From NCBI GenBank assembly GCA_950097015.1, contig CATNEN010000001.1, positions 20,708,001 to 20,772,000 on the forward strand: DNA of 64,000 bases. Direction: 5' to 3'. Of the stretch, positions 63,095-64,000 are shown piece after piece (the stretch's first letter is position 1; each line of letters starts with the position of its first letter). The stretch comes from Macrostomum hystrix (lineage: Eukaryota; Animalia; Platyhelminthes). The position numbers and the translations under genes are program-made. The notes under the pieces were generated by a model. That model saw only the letters and a list, made by a program, of their open reading frames with translations, was not told the origin of the DNA and made no database searches.

Positions 63095-64000
63095 ACTCCC
63101 CCTTCCTTCACACTCACCATCCTCCTCACTCCCCATCCTCCTCACTCCCATCCTCCTCACTCCCCATCCTCCTCACTCCCCATCCTCCTCACTCCCCATC
63201 CTCCTCACTCCCCATCCTCCTCACTCCCCATCCTCCTCACTCCCCATTCTCCTCACTCCCCATTCTCCTCACTCCCCATTCTCCTCACTCCCCATCCTCC
63301 TCACTCCCCATCCTCCTCACTCCCCATTCTCCTCACTCCCCATCCTCCTCACTCCCCATCCTCCTCACTCCCCATCCTCCTCACTCCCCATTCTCCTCAC
63401 TCCCCATCCTCCTCACTCCCCATCCTCCTCACTCCCCATTCTCCTTACTCCCCATCCTCCTCACTCCCCATCCTCCTCACTCCCCATTCTCCTCACTCCC
63501 CATCCTCCTCACTACCCATTCTCCTTACTCCCCATAATCCTCACTCCCATCCTCCTCAATCCCATCCCCATCACTCCCCATCCTCCTCACTCCCCATTCT
63601 CCTCACTCCCCATCCTCCTCACTCCCCATCCTCCTCACTCCCCATTCTCCTTACTCCCCATCCTCCTCACTCCCCATCCTCCTCACTCCCCATTCTCCTC
63701 ACTCCCCATTCTCCTCACTCCCCATCCTCCTCACTCCCCATTCTCCTTACTCCCCATAATCCTCACTCCCATCCTCCTCAATCCCATCCCCATCACTCCC
63801 CATCCTCCTCACTCCCCATTCTCCTCACTCCCCATCCTCCTCACTCCCCATCCTCCTCACTCCCCATTCTCCTTACTCCCCATCCTCCTCACTCCCCATC
63901 CTCCTCACTCCCCATTCTCCTCACTCCCCATCCTCCTCACTCCCCATTCTCCTTACTCCCCATAATCCTCACTCCCATCCTCCTCAATCCCATCCCCATC
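63095..64000. repeat. 16-bp minisatellite (CCCCATCCTCCTCACT)n, runs off right edge
   Basis: Tandem periodicity with ~240-bp higher-order repeats. Confidence 0.94.

Overview
Eukaryotic (invertebrate animal) genomic DNA with GC-rich exons, short GT-AG introns, and about 20 distinct minisatellite arrays covering roughly a third of the window. The style suggests a free-living flatworm such as Macrostomum, which is inference only. Eight spliced protein-coding genes can be assembled by hand: a flavin-containing monooxygenase (minus strand, runs off the left edge), an atypical peptide-receptor-like class A GPCR, an SRCR-SRCR-ZP (DMBT1-like) surface protein, a KLHL10-like BTB-BACK-Kelch protein, ALG2, KDSR, and two tandem Crumbs-derived EGF/laminin-G receptors. 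About ten copies of a structured tRNA-derived SINE (one with a perfect 14-bp TSD), fragments of a second SINE family and a MITE-like inverted repeat are also present. The best candidate for an undescribed system is the Crumbs-like pair. Both appear to lack the canonical Crumbs FERM/ERLI tail and instead carry tyrosine-motif signalling tails (RPLPPIP, YDEP, YANV) built from small phase-0 exons. Both keep a furin site inside the LamG domain and show patchy gene conversion. Most long ORFs in the supplied track are artefacts of tandem repeats. All gene models are manual and unverified.
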